From the NCBI RefSeq assembly GCF_001949145.1, contig NW_019091403.1, forward strand, positions 1,178,001 to 1,240,000: 62,000 nucleotides of DNA, written 5' to 3'. Below the pieces are notes generated by a model that was not told the DNA's origin, made no database searches, and was given only the letters and a program-made list of their open reading frames with translations. This document shows, in pieces, positions 12,601 to 26,100 of the stretch (position 1 is its first letter; every line of letters begins with the position of its first letter). Origin of the DNA: Acanthaster planci (lineage: Eukaryota). Both the position numbers and the translations under genes were made by a program.

Positions 12601-15317
12601 ATGCATATTTGAAGAAATTTTCTTAGGGAAATCACTTTCTACTTGTGTAGAAAAACTTTAGTAAGATTTGAATCCCAAAAGGTTGTTGTCAAGAATCCTA
12701 GCTTTTAGTACACAGTCTCTGGTATTTGTGACAACAAAAGTAAACGTTGTTTGAAGTTGTTTTCCAAGACTGTGGTAAGTTGACTCACCTGAAATTCATC
12801 AAAACACAAGAGCCATGTTTCCTGGCTAATGTCCTTGGCTACTGGTGCTATGGGGTCGAAAGGTTGCGGCTTGTTACTTGTGCGATCCCGGGGAATTCGT
12901 TTCTTAACTTCATGAATTCCTGAAGAAATACAATCATTTGGTAATCACTCTAGTATTAACCCTAACCCCCTAGGGTGTATGTAAAATTGTATTGAGATTG
13001 GAGGATTTGGGACTGTTAGGGTTAATGACTGCCAAACGTGAATAGCAGGCTGGTTTTGTGGGGGAGGGGAATATTCATATAGTTGAAAGTCCCAACTTTG
13101 GGGGAATTTCTGTGAAATTTAATGACTTTAAAAAGTAGAGGGAATTTGAGGGCAGCGCTTAATGTAGCCTGTCTGAAGGACAGACAAGAAGTTTGACCAA
13201 GCAATTTTTACTTGTTTAAAAACTACACACATTCAATTTTTTGCATAAATCTTTCACACTGGTGACCAAAGCTGGAAATCTGCTCTCATGTGGCATTGGG
13301 GGTGGCGGGTGCAGTCAGTTTCAAAAACTTTCCTGGAGGGCAGGCAGTTTATAAGCTCAGCTGGGTATGAACAGACAGATATTACAATCCTAAATGAACC
13401 CCTCCCTTGGAATGGATTGGTCCATTTTGAATGAGCATTTCTGAAAGGGTTTGGAGTAAGAATACTAATCCAGAGTGGGCTTGTATGAACCATTCCAGGC
13501 TTGTGCAATGAACTCACTAGCATGGACATCCAGCATGAAGGAATTGAAGTGCGCCCTCTGCTTGCGATGGACGTTTACATCCTGGTAGAACAGATCCATC
13601 AGCATTGTCTTGCCTGATCCAACGCTGCCATAGAGGTACAAACCCTTCGGCCCAGCACCTGGAGCCGACCCAAGCATCTTGGGGTCAAATCAGACCAAAT
13701 AAAGATGAAGTTTTTATAACAGCTGGTAATAAGACTAACGCTTAAGATGAAATGTTGTGCTATTTTTTAAGCAATAGTTTGCAACAGATCAATTGCAGGT
13801 ATGAACAGTCTGTAATATAACGATTGGGAAAACCCAAAGGCCAGTTCATACTACAGGGAAATGTGATCGTGAAGCGAATTTGACGTCACAAAAGATTTGC
13901 AGTAAAGGTTTTCCAAATTGGCATCACTAACAGTTGATCTGATATCACAAATGTGCATTTGTGTTTGCCTTCACGTCAAGTTATGAACCAGCTGTAACAC
14001 TGAAAACAGAGAACTCATTCATTTTGACATCATAGTTTGACATGGTATTACGATGTGTTGGCTAATTATAACTCTTGCTCAGCCTTCAAAGACATCATCC
14101 TTCACCAGGAGGTAGTGGAAGATTTTGGAGGACAACCAAGGCGGATAGACGAATTTCTCAGAAATGCTGAGCATCCTGTCTGAAACATTGAGTACCCATC
14201 AGTTTTTTTCAGAGCCACACACTCACAAGAGATATCCTTGCATGGTGCGACCGTAAACCTCTTAGATCCATGCCTACTACCACAGGTAGAAGGGGAGACG
14301 TCCCTTGCTATGGAAAATAGAAAGCAGGTGCCATTGATTTCTTGAAAAGAGATTTTAAAAGATGCAGAAAAATTCCTAGCAAACCCAAACTAACCTGTTA
14401 ATCCTACCCATGCCTCATTGCTTTAGACATTTCTATAAAATTCCACACCTTCTGAAAGAAGCCGGGCTCTGCCGGTCGATACCCTGCGATCTTGTCAAAC
14501 AACTCTTGGAGCTTCTTGACGATGGTTCTCTGATAGGCATCTTCTGCCAGCTCTCCCTGTCGTATCAGGCAATCATATGCTGCTAACGGCCCTGCCCGTT
14601 CCTCATGCTTGACCCTGCTGGTCTTACTGCTCAAATGTTCTGTAAAGGTGATGTTTTCCGATGCTATGGGCTCAGCGAAGTACGTTGTTGCTGTAACAAG
14701 AAACAAGCACTGGAAAAGTTGGAGCTAAATATGTATAACTTTACTTTTTTCCCGATGTACTTTGCGTGGAGGAGAGGTTTAATTTTAATTACAAGTTTTT
14801 GGTTTTATAATACATACGTTGGATAAGGGCAAAAACTTGTAATTAGAAATATAACTTTACTTCTAGTACAATAGACTTGTATTCAATCTATTTATCACTG
14901 AGTAAAGGGGTTATTACGTTTGTGTCTGAGCAAGCCAGTGTACCACAATCTTATAAAAATAACATTTCAACCAAGTAAATTGTCAGGTTCTCATTCTGAC
15001 ATAAAATAGTTTTAAGATTTTATGCATTTACCCGCTGGATTTTCCGACATCAAATTAATAACATTGAGCTTAAATCACAATCTTTGGCATGTTAATTGCA
15101 AGTGACAAGGGTACCTAGTACACTTTCTTAGTTTTTTCCTTGTTTAGTTGGAATAACACTCACCAGATGTTCTTTGGGAACTTGTTGATTTTTGTCGAAA
15201 ACACCCAATTGTACAGGCACATCCATTCTGCTTTGCTGGTGTTGATTTGTGTAGCAATCGTTTGCATATTGAACGCCTGGCAATCTGCCAAAGTGTAACA
15301 CTGGCTACCTTCAGCAT
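9687..15317 (-). CDS. AFG1L: AFG1-like mitochondrial ATPase (LACE1), 11 coding exons
   Basis: Exons (-): 15164-15317 ([22 protein letters not shown]..., basic and acid-free, like a mitochondrial presequence), 14449-14690, 13518-13677 ([21 protein letters not shown], Walker A), 12789-12919 (LLCFDEFQ, Walker B), 12214-12372 ([10 protein letters not shown]...[17 protein letters not shown]), 12038-12089 (LDSGIDYR), 11656-11757, 11006-11106, 10506-10646 (PLGAGDYL...[13 protein letters not shown]), 10220-10336, 9687-9845 ([22 protein letters not shown]). All junctions are GT-AG and in phase. Confidence 0.96.
9943..10986 (+). promoter_or_regulatory. Cluster of CTCF-like AGAGGGCRC(T) motifs in AFG1L 3' introns
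   Basis: AGAGGGCGCCCTCT perfect palindrome at 9943-9956; AGAGGGCGCT at 10715 and 10977; AGAGGGCAC(T) at 10800 and 10817; another AGAGGGCGCT at 7995. These match the 3' core of the CTCF consensus (CCASYAGRKGGCRS) but the 5' CC part matches weakly. Confidence 0.4.
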
Positions 15318-15989
15318 CTCTTGCGTTAACGTCTTCTTGAAATAACATTGAAGTTAGGTTATGTGCCTGTGTTTAAACATTTCAAAATACACTTCTGTCA
15401 CTCAGGTTCATGTAAAATGTCCAGCTTAATTTTGCTATGCCCCAACTAGGATTGGTCCGTGACTCCATAAGTCGCCAGGTCCCTTATTTGGCAACTTACT
15501 TTGAAAATCACTCAGACTTGACAATAGGTGGCAAAATTAGGAACCTGGCGACTATTTTGCCATGCACATTAGTTGATCCCATCTCAATTTCCTGTCCCAA
15601 CTATGTTGTTAGGCCTGCCCCAATCACATTTGGAACAAATCTAACTGTGGTTGGGACAGATGCCATAATGGGGGTGAAACAGTTTGACACACTATTATTG
15701 ACTGGTGTAGTCAGACCGAGAGAGTTCATATTAATTAAAATCACTATCAGTATCACTCAGCGAAGAAAAAGATGCTAAACAAAATTGAATTTGGGCACGG
15801 GATTTGGTAATAAAGAACACTGAAATACATTGCAGAAAGAGTTCCACATACGGACAACACTAAATGTTTCTTCAATTTTATAACAACTGTCAGAATATGA
15901 TACCATGTCCTAAAACAAATGAAGCATGTCAAAAGTAACTTAGCTAAGAAAATTCCAAATTAAAAAACACTGACTTTTTTTTCAGACAA

Positions 15990-16847
15990 GTCTCACAGGT
16001 TTGTGCATGGGGCATCAAGTGTTACTTGTACTGTTATGAGCCCATATGAAACTCTTTCCATAAATTCCAATTTTTACATTTCGTGTTTCGGTTTTCATTT
16101 ATTTACGAGATAAACCAATAAAACTTCAGTTAGAAATATCATATTGTCGGTAGCCTATAGCAAAGACAGCATGACGGGTGCGGGCATGACTGGATTATAT
16201 CATGGAGAAATGTGTTTTATTTCTCCATGATTATATTATTAGGACTTCAGTGCAATCCCGCTCAACCGTGTGTCAACGTCAGACGGGGATTGCATGCACT
16301 GCCCAGCGCAAAGATTCACATACCAACGACCATGTGGCTCCATGATTATATTATTAGGACTTCAGTGCAATCCCGCTCAACCGTGTGTCAACGTCAGACG
16401 GGGATTGCATGCACTGCCCAGCGCAAAGATTCACATACCAACGACCATGTGGCTAAAAGGCGCAATCGTCATCATTTTCCTCCAATTAAGTTTTATGGCA
16501 TGTGAGGCATTTCGTGGACAAAAGGGTTAGATAAAAACGAAAGAAACTTTCAATGCGATGAGCAACCACGAACCACCAACCAACCACACCGGCAAACACT
16601 ACCACACGCCATTTGATATATGAGGTCAAAAGGTCATTTATTCCAGAGTTTCAACTTTAAATTGTGGACAAGTTGCCTTTTAAAAATTTGAATAACTGTT
16701 TTAAAACTTGATTAAAAATAAAAGTTAAGTAACTAGCAGTACAAAATTTATTTCTGCAAAAATTTTTGACAGATATTTGGCCATTGAAGATAACGAGGAG
16801 GAGGCTGTTACAACTAGGTCAACGCACTTTCTTTACACCAACCCAGC
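15990..16847. promoter_or_regulatory. Putative bidirectional promoter region for AFG1L (-) and SNX3 (+)
   Basis: The two ATGs diverge (15317 on -, 16848 on +). The AFG1L ATG exon has an upstream acceptor near 15367, implying a non-coding first exon in this interval. TSS positions and region bounds are approximate. Confidence 0.55.
16223..16454. repeat. Exact tandem duplication, 2 x 115 bp
   Basis: Unit ctccatgattatattattaggacttcagtgcaatcccg...caacgaccatgtgg starts at 16223 and 16338; the copies appear identical. Confidence 0.95.
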
Positions 16848-18455
16848 ATGGCGGACGAAAACGAAAAACTTGCAGCTGCGAATGCTGACACTAGGCGGCT
16901 TGGTGCCCAAAAACAGACCCTGGATGATGCTTACGCAGCCCCAGCGAACTTCCTAGAGATTGATGTGATGAACCCAGAGACACATGGTATCGCCAAGAAG
17001 AGATATACCGACTATGAAGTTCGGATGAGGGTGGGTGGTGCTTTTACTTTCCGTGTGCCGTAATGTATTGGTGATTGCCCATTTCCCGGACACTTCCCCT
17101 CAAAAGGCGTGTCGATGTTGCGCCCCAACTGTGGCCTCATTCCATGATCCCAACTATACTTGGGCCGTAGTTGGGACTGGCCCAAGTGTGGTTGGGACAA
17201 TGTTGCCCTTTAGTTATTATGCATGTGATTGTGAGATTTTATGCACTCGTTCTAGCTCCATCCATTACAGTACTAGGCCTACTTGTTGAAATTTGAAAGG
17301 ACATGGCATGTGTCAGGCCAAAAGGACAACTTTTTGCAACAAACATATTATTCAAAAAATATTTTTTTCTTCCTCAGACCAACCTCCCAGTTTTCAAGAT
17401 GAAAGAATCTTCCGTCAGACGAAGATACAGTGATTTTGAGTGGCTTAGGAATGAACTGGAAAGAGACAGCAAGGTTTGTCTTCAGTTATTGCAACAGGAC
17501 AAGATAGGTTGGGTCCGAATAACTTGGCTATGGTAATTTGGACATGGTTTTAGTTGAGTTGGTAGATCAGTGGAATACGAGTATGAGTAGGCTGGGTCTT
17601 GTTTAATTGGCTATGGCTGGAAAAACACTTGAGTCTATGACTGAGAAGTGGCTTGCGGCTTCCCTAGGTGCACGTGTAATTTTCAGCCATAGGCAAATAA
17701 TTCAGACACTGTCACATTCTGGACTCTGCTGGTTGGAAGCCTACTTTAGTCAAGTGTCTTTAATTGCTCTGACAATGTGAATTGTCATAGATTGTGGTCC
17801 CTCCCTTACCTGGCAAAGCCCTGAAGAGACAGCTGCCATTCAGAAGTGACGATGGCATTTTTGATGACGAGTTCATCGAGGAACGACGCCAGGGCCTTGA
17901 ATCATTTGTGAACAAGTAAGTGTGTCAGCATTCCCTGTTATCTACTTTTACTGCTTGTTGATTATATGTCGGTTTAGTTTTGGTCTCAGGTTCTGATAAA
18001 ACAAGAATTTAAAATGTAACAAATACACGTACACGTAGTCTATCATTTGCAGTCATCCAAAAAATAAATGATGAAATTATTGTCGGAAACAGTGTAACTT
18101 TAATGGGGACTTGATTCTTAGTAGAATAACAAGTGTAATTAATTTGCTGCACAGTGAAGGATTTGGGAGAATTTAGGGAGTCAAAATGCTTCAGGACTTG
18201 GGGTTTATATAAAATTGTTTGAGTTGTCTCAGAGCTTATCAACTGGTTCTGGCCTGGGGAGGTAACAACCAATTATTCTTCAAACATTCCTGAGATGCTG
18301 ATTTCAGTAAATCATTCTCAATAAACTTGATTGATAAATTTTTTTGTAGGATCTCTGGCCACCCACTCGCACAGAACGAGCGCTGTCTACACATGTTCCT
18401 GCAGGAACCAACCATAGACAAGAACTACGTGCCAGGCAAAATTCGCAACACATAA
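16848..18455 (+). CDS. SNX3: Sorting nexin 3/12 (PX-domain-only), 4 coding exons
   Basis: Exons 16848-17030 (QTLDDAYAAPANFLEIDV...RYTDYEVRMR), 17378-17473 (TNLPVFKMKESSVRRRYSDFEWLRNELERDSK), 17791-17915 (IVVPPLPGKALKRQLPFRSDDGIFDDEFIEERRQGLE), 18350-18455 (ISGHPLAQNERCLHMFLQE...YVPGKIRNT*). Likely the single pro-ortholog of vertebrate SNX3 and SNX12. Confidence 0.96.
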
Positions 18456-21400
18456 AAAGACAAGTATCCAATCTCACAGCACCGGCTGACATCTTCAACT
18501 CCTGCCTGTACAGTTTGACGGAACGTGTCACGCAGGTTGTATCCTGAGTTTCTCTTTTATACCAAGTACAGATAAACCAGTGGATGGCTTGTTTCAGTGT
18601 GTACATCTCTGCATGTATTTCTGCTTTGTTTGATTGTGAGACAGCGTATAGGGTCAGTAGCTAGACAAACCCCTGAGAGATATGGGAAGACTTTAAATCG
18701 TGTTGGAGGTTATGAAGCACGCATCATGTGTTCAAACAAAGTATGGAATACTTGGCAGGAAATATTGGAGAATCCTCACATCCACACAAAAAAATTGTTT
18801 TGTTCCTTTATTTTTTAACACTTTTAATTCAATCATTTTGTATGGGGTTTGTCTGCATTGAAATGTGTAGAAATCTTCAACAGTTCTTTCCCGCCATAAG
18901 TGGTTGTGTTTCTAGAAGTATTTTGGAGTCTGGATGTCAACTGCGTGTAGATATGGGTGTCATGCTTTCTGGTGATGAAAATCAAACCAAGACCTTTTTG
19001 ATTGATAAGAATATTTTCAACTATCGGAGGCAAACCTGGATTGTAAATTTTCATCCTTCTGATTGATAGTGGTAAGATTGGATTCAAAACACTTTCTTTT
19101 AGTGGTTGCTTGAATGCAGGCTTCCGAAAAACATCTTTAAAGGAATGATCAAATAAAAAAATTTAAAATAGAATAATTTTGAGTTGATTTCCGTGCTTTT
19201 GTGTATTCTCACTATTCTGAGGTGTTTAATAAACACATTTTCATCGGGCATGACAACAATGTAACAGATTTTGTAACATAGGATAATTTTCATGCAGCAT
19301 AACCACATATTTTGCCTTTAGAAGCTGATATTCAGTCGCACTTATTGTAATGCCACCTATTAAATTACTAATATTTGAAAATCCCTGATTTATTGATATT
19401 ATGAAATGGCAGACTGCATTTCCACTTAGCTTTCTGTGATAGGAATGACTACTTCATGCATGTACATGTGCGCTTTGCCAAATCAATGTGAAAAAACCAC
19501 TTGTACAATTCTCCTGATTGCTATTTTACTCCAAAGTAATCAATGCTGTTTTTTGTAAACTGTGCTAAAAATGTAATGAGACTGCAAAGGTGCACACATT
19601 CAGGTAGAATAGATAAGGTTATCATAAATATTTGTTATCAGTTTTGGTCCTTTCGTCAAGAACATGAGTGTGAAAAGGTAAATCAGAAAAGAAAATTTGT
19701 TCATGAAAGAAACTCTCATTGGTGTAGCTAAGTGTCAGACTTGTGTCCCTCAATCTAAGCCCAAGTATTAAAAATATTTTTACAAATGCACACTTGTATT
19801 TACATACACAGGTATACATGTAGCTTTTGTTTAACGTAAAGTTTTCTTGCTTTTTCAAATGTATCAAGTGGGATTAGTCTTACATGTACAGATTTGTGTT
19901 GATTAATCAGTTCATTAATTTTTCCTCAATTTTAGTAGAATTTAATCCAACAAGTATGTTTATGAAAATGACTTTGTAGTTTAATTATATTCTAAGATGC
20001 CAGTTGCTTGCAGATGGTGTTTGAAGATTTAAAGCACTGGGGACTAAAAATGACATGGAAATTATCAGGCTTGACGTGTACCAATGAGGTAGCAGTTTCA
20101 CTTGAGGGCATTAGGTTATCATGGTTTCATTATGCATGTAGCTTTTATAAGCACTATGATAGATGGGTGGAGTTTTGGAGTTAAGTATCCTCTCAAGCTC
20201 CGCCTATTGTATACTGTAGCCCCTCCCACTAAACTCCAGGTGAGAATCCAGCATCTGCCACTCCTATGAATCTTCTCATACCCCCATCCATGGTTCTGCC
20301 CATTTATTATCGCCTTCATCCATCCTCTGATCATCCTCCATAACCCATTCACAGATTATCCTGTGGCTCCACTCACTTAACCCTCCCCTCCCTATCGATA
20401 GTTAGCTCTGCCTACGGAACACACACTTGCAGCTCTTTGGAAATGGAATGTTAACGAATACTCTCAAAAATCAATGGAGAAAATGTGACCTGCTCCCTGA
20501 AAATAAGGATAAAAAGTAACCTCAGTTCGTCATTCGAAATATTTCTGTCACTGTTTACCAATAAACAGAACTTTTGGTAGATATATTGCAAATCACTGAA
20601 ATATCAGTGGAATTGGGCATGGTTCTAGTAGGGTTGTACTGTACTTTGTGGAAATTTGAACCTGAAGGTTGACTGGCAGGTATCTTGTTTTTGTAGGAGC
20701 AGGTCACAGATGCTGTATAAAGACATGTTTACATTTGCCGTTCTAGTTGCTTTCTTACTGTGGATTATCAGTGTACATGTGCTTGAACCACCTAGCCACA
20801 TTTTTCCCATTCAAACATGATTTGGAATCTTGACAAACAAATATGTTCATGAAAGTTTTTACTCCTATTGATCTTTGGGTCATTTTTCCAATAACACGGA
20901 GCACCATATAATGGACTTACACATGTCATCAGCATTGCATTGGTGTACTATACAAAAGTATTAAAACGTGATGATTATTGACATTAACACAAACTGATGA
21001 ACTATTCTATTTTGTGAAGTATTTGTATGAACAATGCAGTGTCCCTTACACACTAAATATGACTTTACTTTACTCTTGTCACATTACATGCTTCTATGGT
21101 TTTCTTTCAGCTAAAGTAAACTCACATTTCACTGTATCAAACATTGTAATCTGGATTCCTTGAAGTCTTACGCCTCTAGTTTGGCTTTGTTTTAAATCGT
21201 TTTCATAAAGTCGCAGTCTGCCTCAACGGACAACTTTCATATTGCCACTTTAACCTTTGTCAACATATGTCTTCAATGAAAACAACACATTTCTTATTTT
21301 GTAAGAGCTAAATAAACCAGGTTGAATTAGTGTCATAAACCATTAGGAATATGCATGACACCAGTAACACATGTCCACGCTCGTGCTTTACTGCTCCAAA

Positions 21401-22349
21401 TGACACATAGTACTTCTCATAAATAAGTCTATCATCTCATGAATAAGTCTATCTTGGAAATTTTCTGCATCGAAACTGACCTGCCAAAAACAAAGTATAT
21501 GTATAAACAGTTTTATTGCCTTTCCCTGTCTTGAGGTTGGATCATGTACGTTCCAATAAATCATTGAAGTGTTACGATAAGACTTGATTGATTAATCTGT
21601 ATACCTTGAGTATTGTTTCCTTCATTTGGACATACCTGTACATGTATAATCAAATAATGAGTGCAGTTTCAGTTTGAAATCAAAATATACAATTTGGTGT
21701 TTTATTTTCTCGACAGGCTGAATTTTTGTACAAATCCTTTACTCTCCTCATCATTCATGTAGTATCGTTATGTGAGAGTACAATTTCATTTCTTTTGGAT
21801 TAAATTTATTCCACGTTGATAAAGCATCCATATAGTATGTTAGTATACACATAATTAAACTGGAAATAAATGAATTCACACCATCTGTCAAATTCACTTA
21901 TTGCAGAGCAGTTGCCACCTGCCAATAATAGCCTTTGCTAGCCTGGCTCTAGGCTGGAATACTTACAAGCTAAACATGGGGTGTTAAAAACTGCACTCTG
22001 GGGTGTCATGCCAGATTTGTCTAACATGCACATTTGCTGCTTAAACTACGGGTGACAATATAATAGCTGACAAATTTATGGGCAAGACATAAATGAGCAT
22101 TTACTTCATGGTAGAGATAATGAAGGAAAGTTAGTAGTGTTTCTGTTAATTCTTGGAATGATTACATTTTTTCTTCATTACTTGGTACCTGCTACCAAGT
22201 ACATGTACATGAATTCAAGAAATTTGGACACAAAAAGGAAACGTGCAGCTGTTGAAGTATTTGGTTGATAATTTTATTGCGACCAGTCCCCTTCCCAACA
22301 GCAGTGTGACTGAAGTTTATCAATTAGTCCCCTGCCAATAAAATGGACA

Positions 22350-22430
22350 AGTTGAGGTAAAGTGGCTTATGCCTTATCACTGGATTTGAACCTCTGACCA
22401 ACTCGTCACGAGTCCTAACCACTAGACCCT
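22350..22430 (-). mobile_element. tRNA-derived SINE head fragment
   Basis: Minus strand reads ggtctagtggttagg...ggtcagaggttcaaatccag (Pol III A-box and B-box-like). No cloverleaf is evident. Confidence 0.45.
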
Positions 22431-23152
22431 ACTTCTCTTTAACAGCTGGTACCTTACCCTGGTGGTGTGGACACTGCAATGTGTTGTAACTCGAACTGTT
22501 TGAGATCAATATTCTTACACAAAACAGAAACTCATAATGCAAAATTTCTCAGGAAACGGCTGTGAACCCCAGACAGTATTTCAACGCCAAAGTTGTTTCC
22601 CTGTACACTTTACATTTCAAAGTCAAGCAATCGACATTTACAAATGATGACCAATAACAAGGATTTTTAATGGCTCCGAAAAATCTTGTCGGAACAGTAT
22701 ATACATTATGTATAGTGACATATAAAAGCTTACAGCTAAAGTGGGATTTGAGAATAGGCCTTCAAGCCACAACATGAGATATGAAATAAACAGGCTCGCT
22801 AAGTGGTTGAAACAAAACTTCCATACTTTTAGAATTGAGTGTTCTGATAGCTTTTCTTTACCACATTGTTCTTTAAGGGGTTCTTCCAACTTATCAACAT
22901 GGTACATACATGCATTTATCCAATAATGTGTCTATAATTATGTAATCAAAAGAACTGAGCGTAATGCTATGCATTCCATAGTTCCATAGAGGCAAGCAAT
23001 TGTGCTCAGCAGTCAGTGTCCCCAAGTAAAGCATACATATAAAAGAATGTGTCTGTGATTTATTGCCTGCATGTTAGTTGACTGAGGAAGTCCTCTTGCT
23101 CAAAGGGTCAATGTGGTGTTTCTGCCTGGGTAGGCTGCATGGGGGTCAAAGT

Positions 23153-26100
23153 TCAGGGTTCATACACTCCACAGTCCACTATCTTACATTCTTTCTTTGG
23201 TCGTTCGTTGTATGTCTCTTGTTCCTCCAGTGTGTCCAATAGTTCCGTGCCTTCAATCAATTTCCTGTCAAAAAAGGAAGGAAATTCAGGAAGTCTTTAA
23301 ATAAGGCGAAGTAAAAAAGAAGACATTGTGCTTCAGGATAATATCAATTGGGTTTCATCCAAAGACGTGCAATATTGAACATGTGAAAATAGACCCAGTT
23401 CAGGTTCCTTTTGTTTACAGAAGTATGAAAAAGAATCTCAAAATGAAAAAGTTCTCAACAGGCATGTGTAATAGATTTATTGATCACAGACCAAGGTTGA
23501 AATAATGGTTCCCGAGACACTTGCTGTTAAGATAATCCCAAGTATTTTGAGGTTCCTTATTAACCCTCTTCTTACATCTCTGGCCCCACGCCCCCCTCCC
23601 TCCATGACTGGTCCCCCACCTACCCAAAGGCCACATATTTGGTGTCCATCCAGGGTGCCGGCTGGAATGTAACGTAGAACTGAGAGCCATTAGTATGTCT
23701 GCCCTGGTTAGCCATACCCAGCATCCCTCTTGAGGCGTGTTTGACGGAATAATTCTCATCTGTTGATAGAAAGAATATTGTAAACTGCTGACACAGTGTA
23801 CTAAAGCCAGCAATACTGGTGATTGGGATGGTATTTTGAACTTTATTACCACTGCTCATCAGGGCAATGAAAACTTCCCTGGACCATCTCATCTCCTTTG
23901 GGATGCATACAGCTCCAATGCTGCCTTTCTGGTGCCAAAGGATATCTCTTCCTTTGTTCTTTTACTGTGGACATCACAAAGCAACGTGGTACTGAAGAAC
24001 CAATTCAGGGAGACCCTCTTGTTAGGTCAATATTTATTTGAATGTACCTTCAAAGAACTGTCCATAGATGGATTCTCCACCATCTCCTTTACCAAGCAGG
24101 ATATCTGTGATGATAAAAAGAAGTAAAACTTGAAATTCCTGAATTCATAGACTTGTAGTGCTTGTGGCCTCACTCTATTCACTGGTCATTCTGCCTGACT
24201 ATACAGATGAAAACCTTTTACTCTGCCTACGTATATCAGTCTTACCTCCGCCCTGTAGCCAGCCATTGGGCACTATTCTGTGTATCAGACTGTCTTTGAA
24301 GTGATATTTCATGAGCGATTCGTCGGTCTTGTGGCCCTTCTCACCGGTGCAAAGCGCCTTGAAGTTTTCGCAGGTCCTGGGGCATTTATCCGTGTACAAC
24401 TGTTTGAATCAAAAGAATCCACTCATCCTTAAATCCCATTCTTTCGCACAGATTAGAACAGTCAGGAAAGCAACCGGAGCTTGAAAAATAATTGTTCTTA
24501 CCTCAAAAAGTAACCTCTGCTTAGGTTCATCATTGATGGAAATATCCAGGTACACAAAGGTATGCTGGGGACAAACAACCAAAGTTTACATCTGAATGCA
24601 TGCCTTACACTTTCAGAAACTGAAGAGAACTTGACCCATTCTCTATTTTGTAGAATATCTTGCTTTTCACAATTCAAAGCTGCATAAGTGTCAACATCTC
24701 AAATGGCTTTCTAAATTAAAACCTGAGCATGATATGGCAAAGTGGCCTGATTCGTCTCACCCCTGTGCCACTGAGGTAGTCTTTATATGCCACCTCAGCA
24801 TGGGCTTCAAAAAGCGCTTGAGGCCAGCAAGGATGGTACTTCCAGTGTTCTGTTGCCCAATTCTCTAAATCTGTTGGTCCACCTTCAACAAAACAAGAAC
24901 AAGAAAATGAATTATAACAAACTAGCAATAATTCAGACTTGTCTACGGAATCATTTTAGTCAAATTGAAGTCTCAGACTTCAGTCAACTGTAGATTTCAG
25001 GAATTTTCTCCAGCAGTATTACCTATAAGATCTCCGTCCAGGTACGTGATGGCCTTGTCCTCAAATGCCCAAGTCTCCCCTCGGATTTTCTTCCTCTCTT
25101 CACGCAGGTACAGCTCCCATTCAAACTCTAGCAAACCTAGGATGTCTGGTGTGGCAAACTTCTCAGGGTTGCTTTGATACAGATCCTGTTGATTTATTGA
25201 ACACCTCATTAAAAAAGCTTCTTCTAGCACTAAACAGGAATGTATTAAAACCCTTGGGACTGTTTACCGGGGATCCCGTTAAGAAAGACCTACATTTTAA
25301 CTTTTGGATTCACCTTAGCAGATGACTGTGACCTCATGCTCAATAACTGTAGAGTTCATATTGTGAAAGGGGGATAGGGTTTTGAGTTTTGAGGGAAATT
25401 ACAGGGAAACTGTGAGTGTTTAAAACACATGACACATGGTGGATTCGAATTTGCATGGCTGGTTTGTTAGTGACAAAATCACATTTTCTCACAATTTATT
25501 ATTTGAAATTTTCAAAAAAATGGGGTCAGCACAATAGAGTGTTGCCTTTCCTTTTTTGGAGGGCTGAGCTGTCAATGTTTCACAAGATTAAAATGAAAAC
25601 TAGGGAAGGTCCCCACATATACAATCCCCCAAAATATGGAAGTAGGCTAGGCCAGGCAGTTTTTTATGTTGAAATGCAGACAATCTTTGAGATAAGACAT
25701 CCTTAATGACTCAGTTAGCATATTTCAGATGGGGCCTGAAAACAACAAGAAAATGACTTCAGTAGGCCTAGGCCCTTACATAAAATGCAACATTTCATAA
25801 AAATTGAATTTCTCAAGCTTCCAGGCTGACTATAGATCAGGACTAAACACATTTCAGTTTAATTGGCCTGATATTCATCAGCAGTGAACTGAATATGAAT
25901 GGTATGCCTCTGATTAGAATGGCAAAGAGGCTAAGCTTAGCATCCATTCTCGCGGTCATAATGACGTCACAGAGTCTTGATTCTTCTCTATGAATGGTTG
26001 GTCGGTTGGTGGCTATTCCACATTTCACACTAGAAAATCAATGGGGCAAAAATAGTGGTGAGGTCTTTGGGGAAAATCTGAACAAAAACTAAACTCCTTT

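Noticed and set aside
22350..22430. tRNA gene candidates here and at ~48040, ~58905 and ~59715
   Set aside because: Only A/B-box-like motifs, with no acceptor stem or cloverleaf; treated as SINE fragments.
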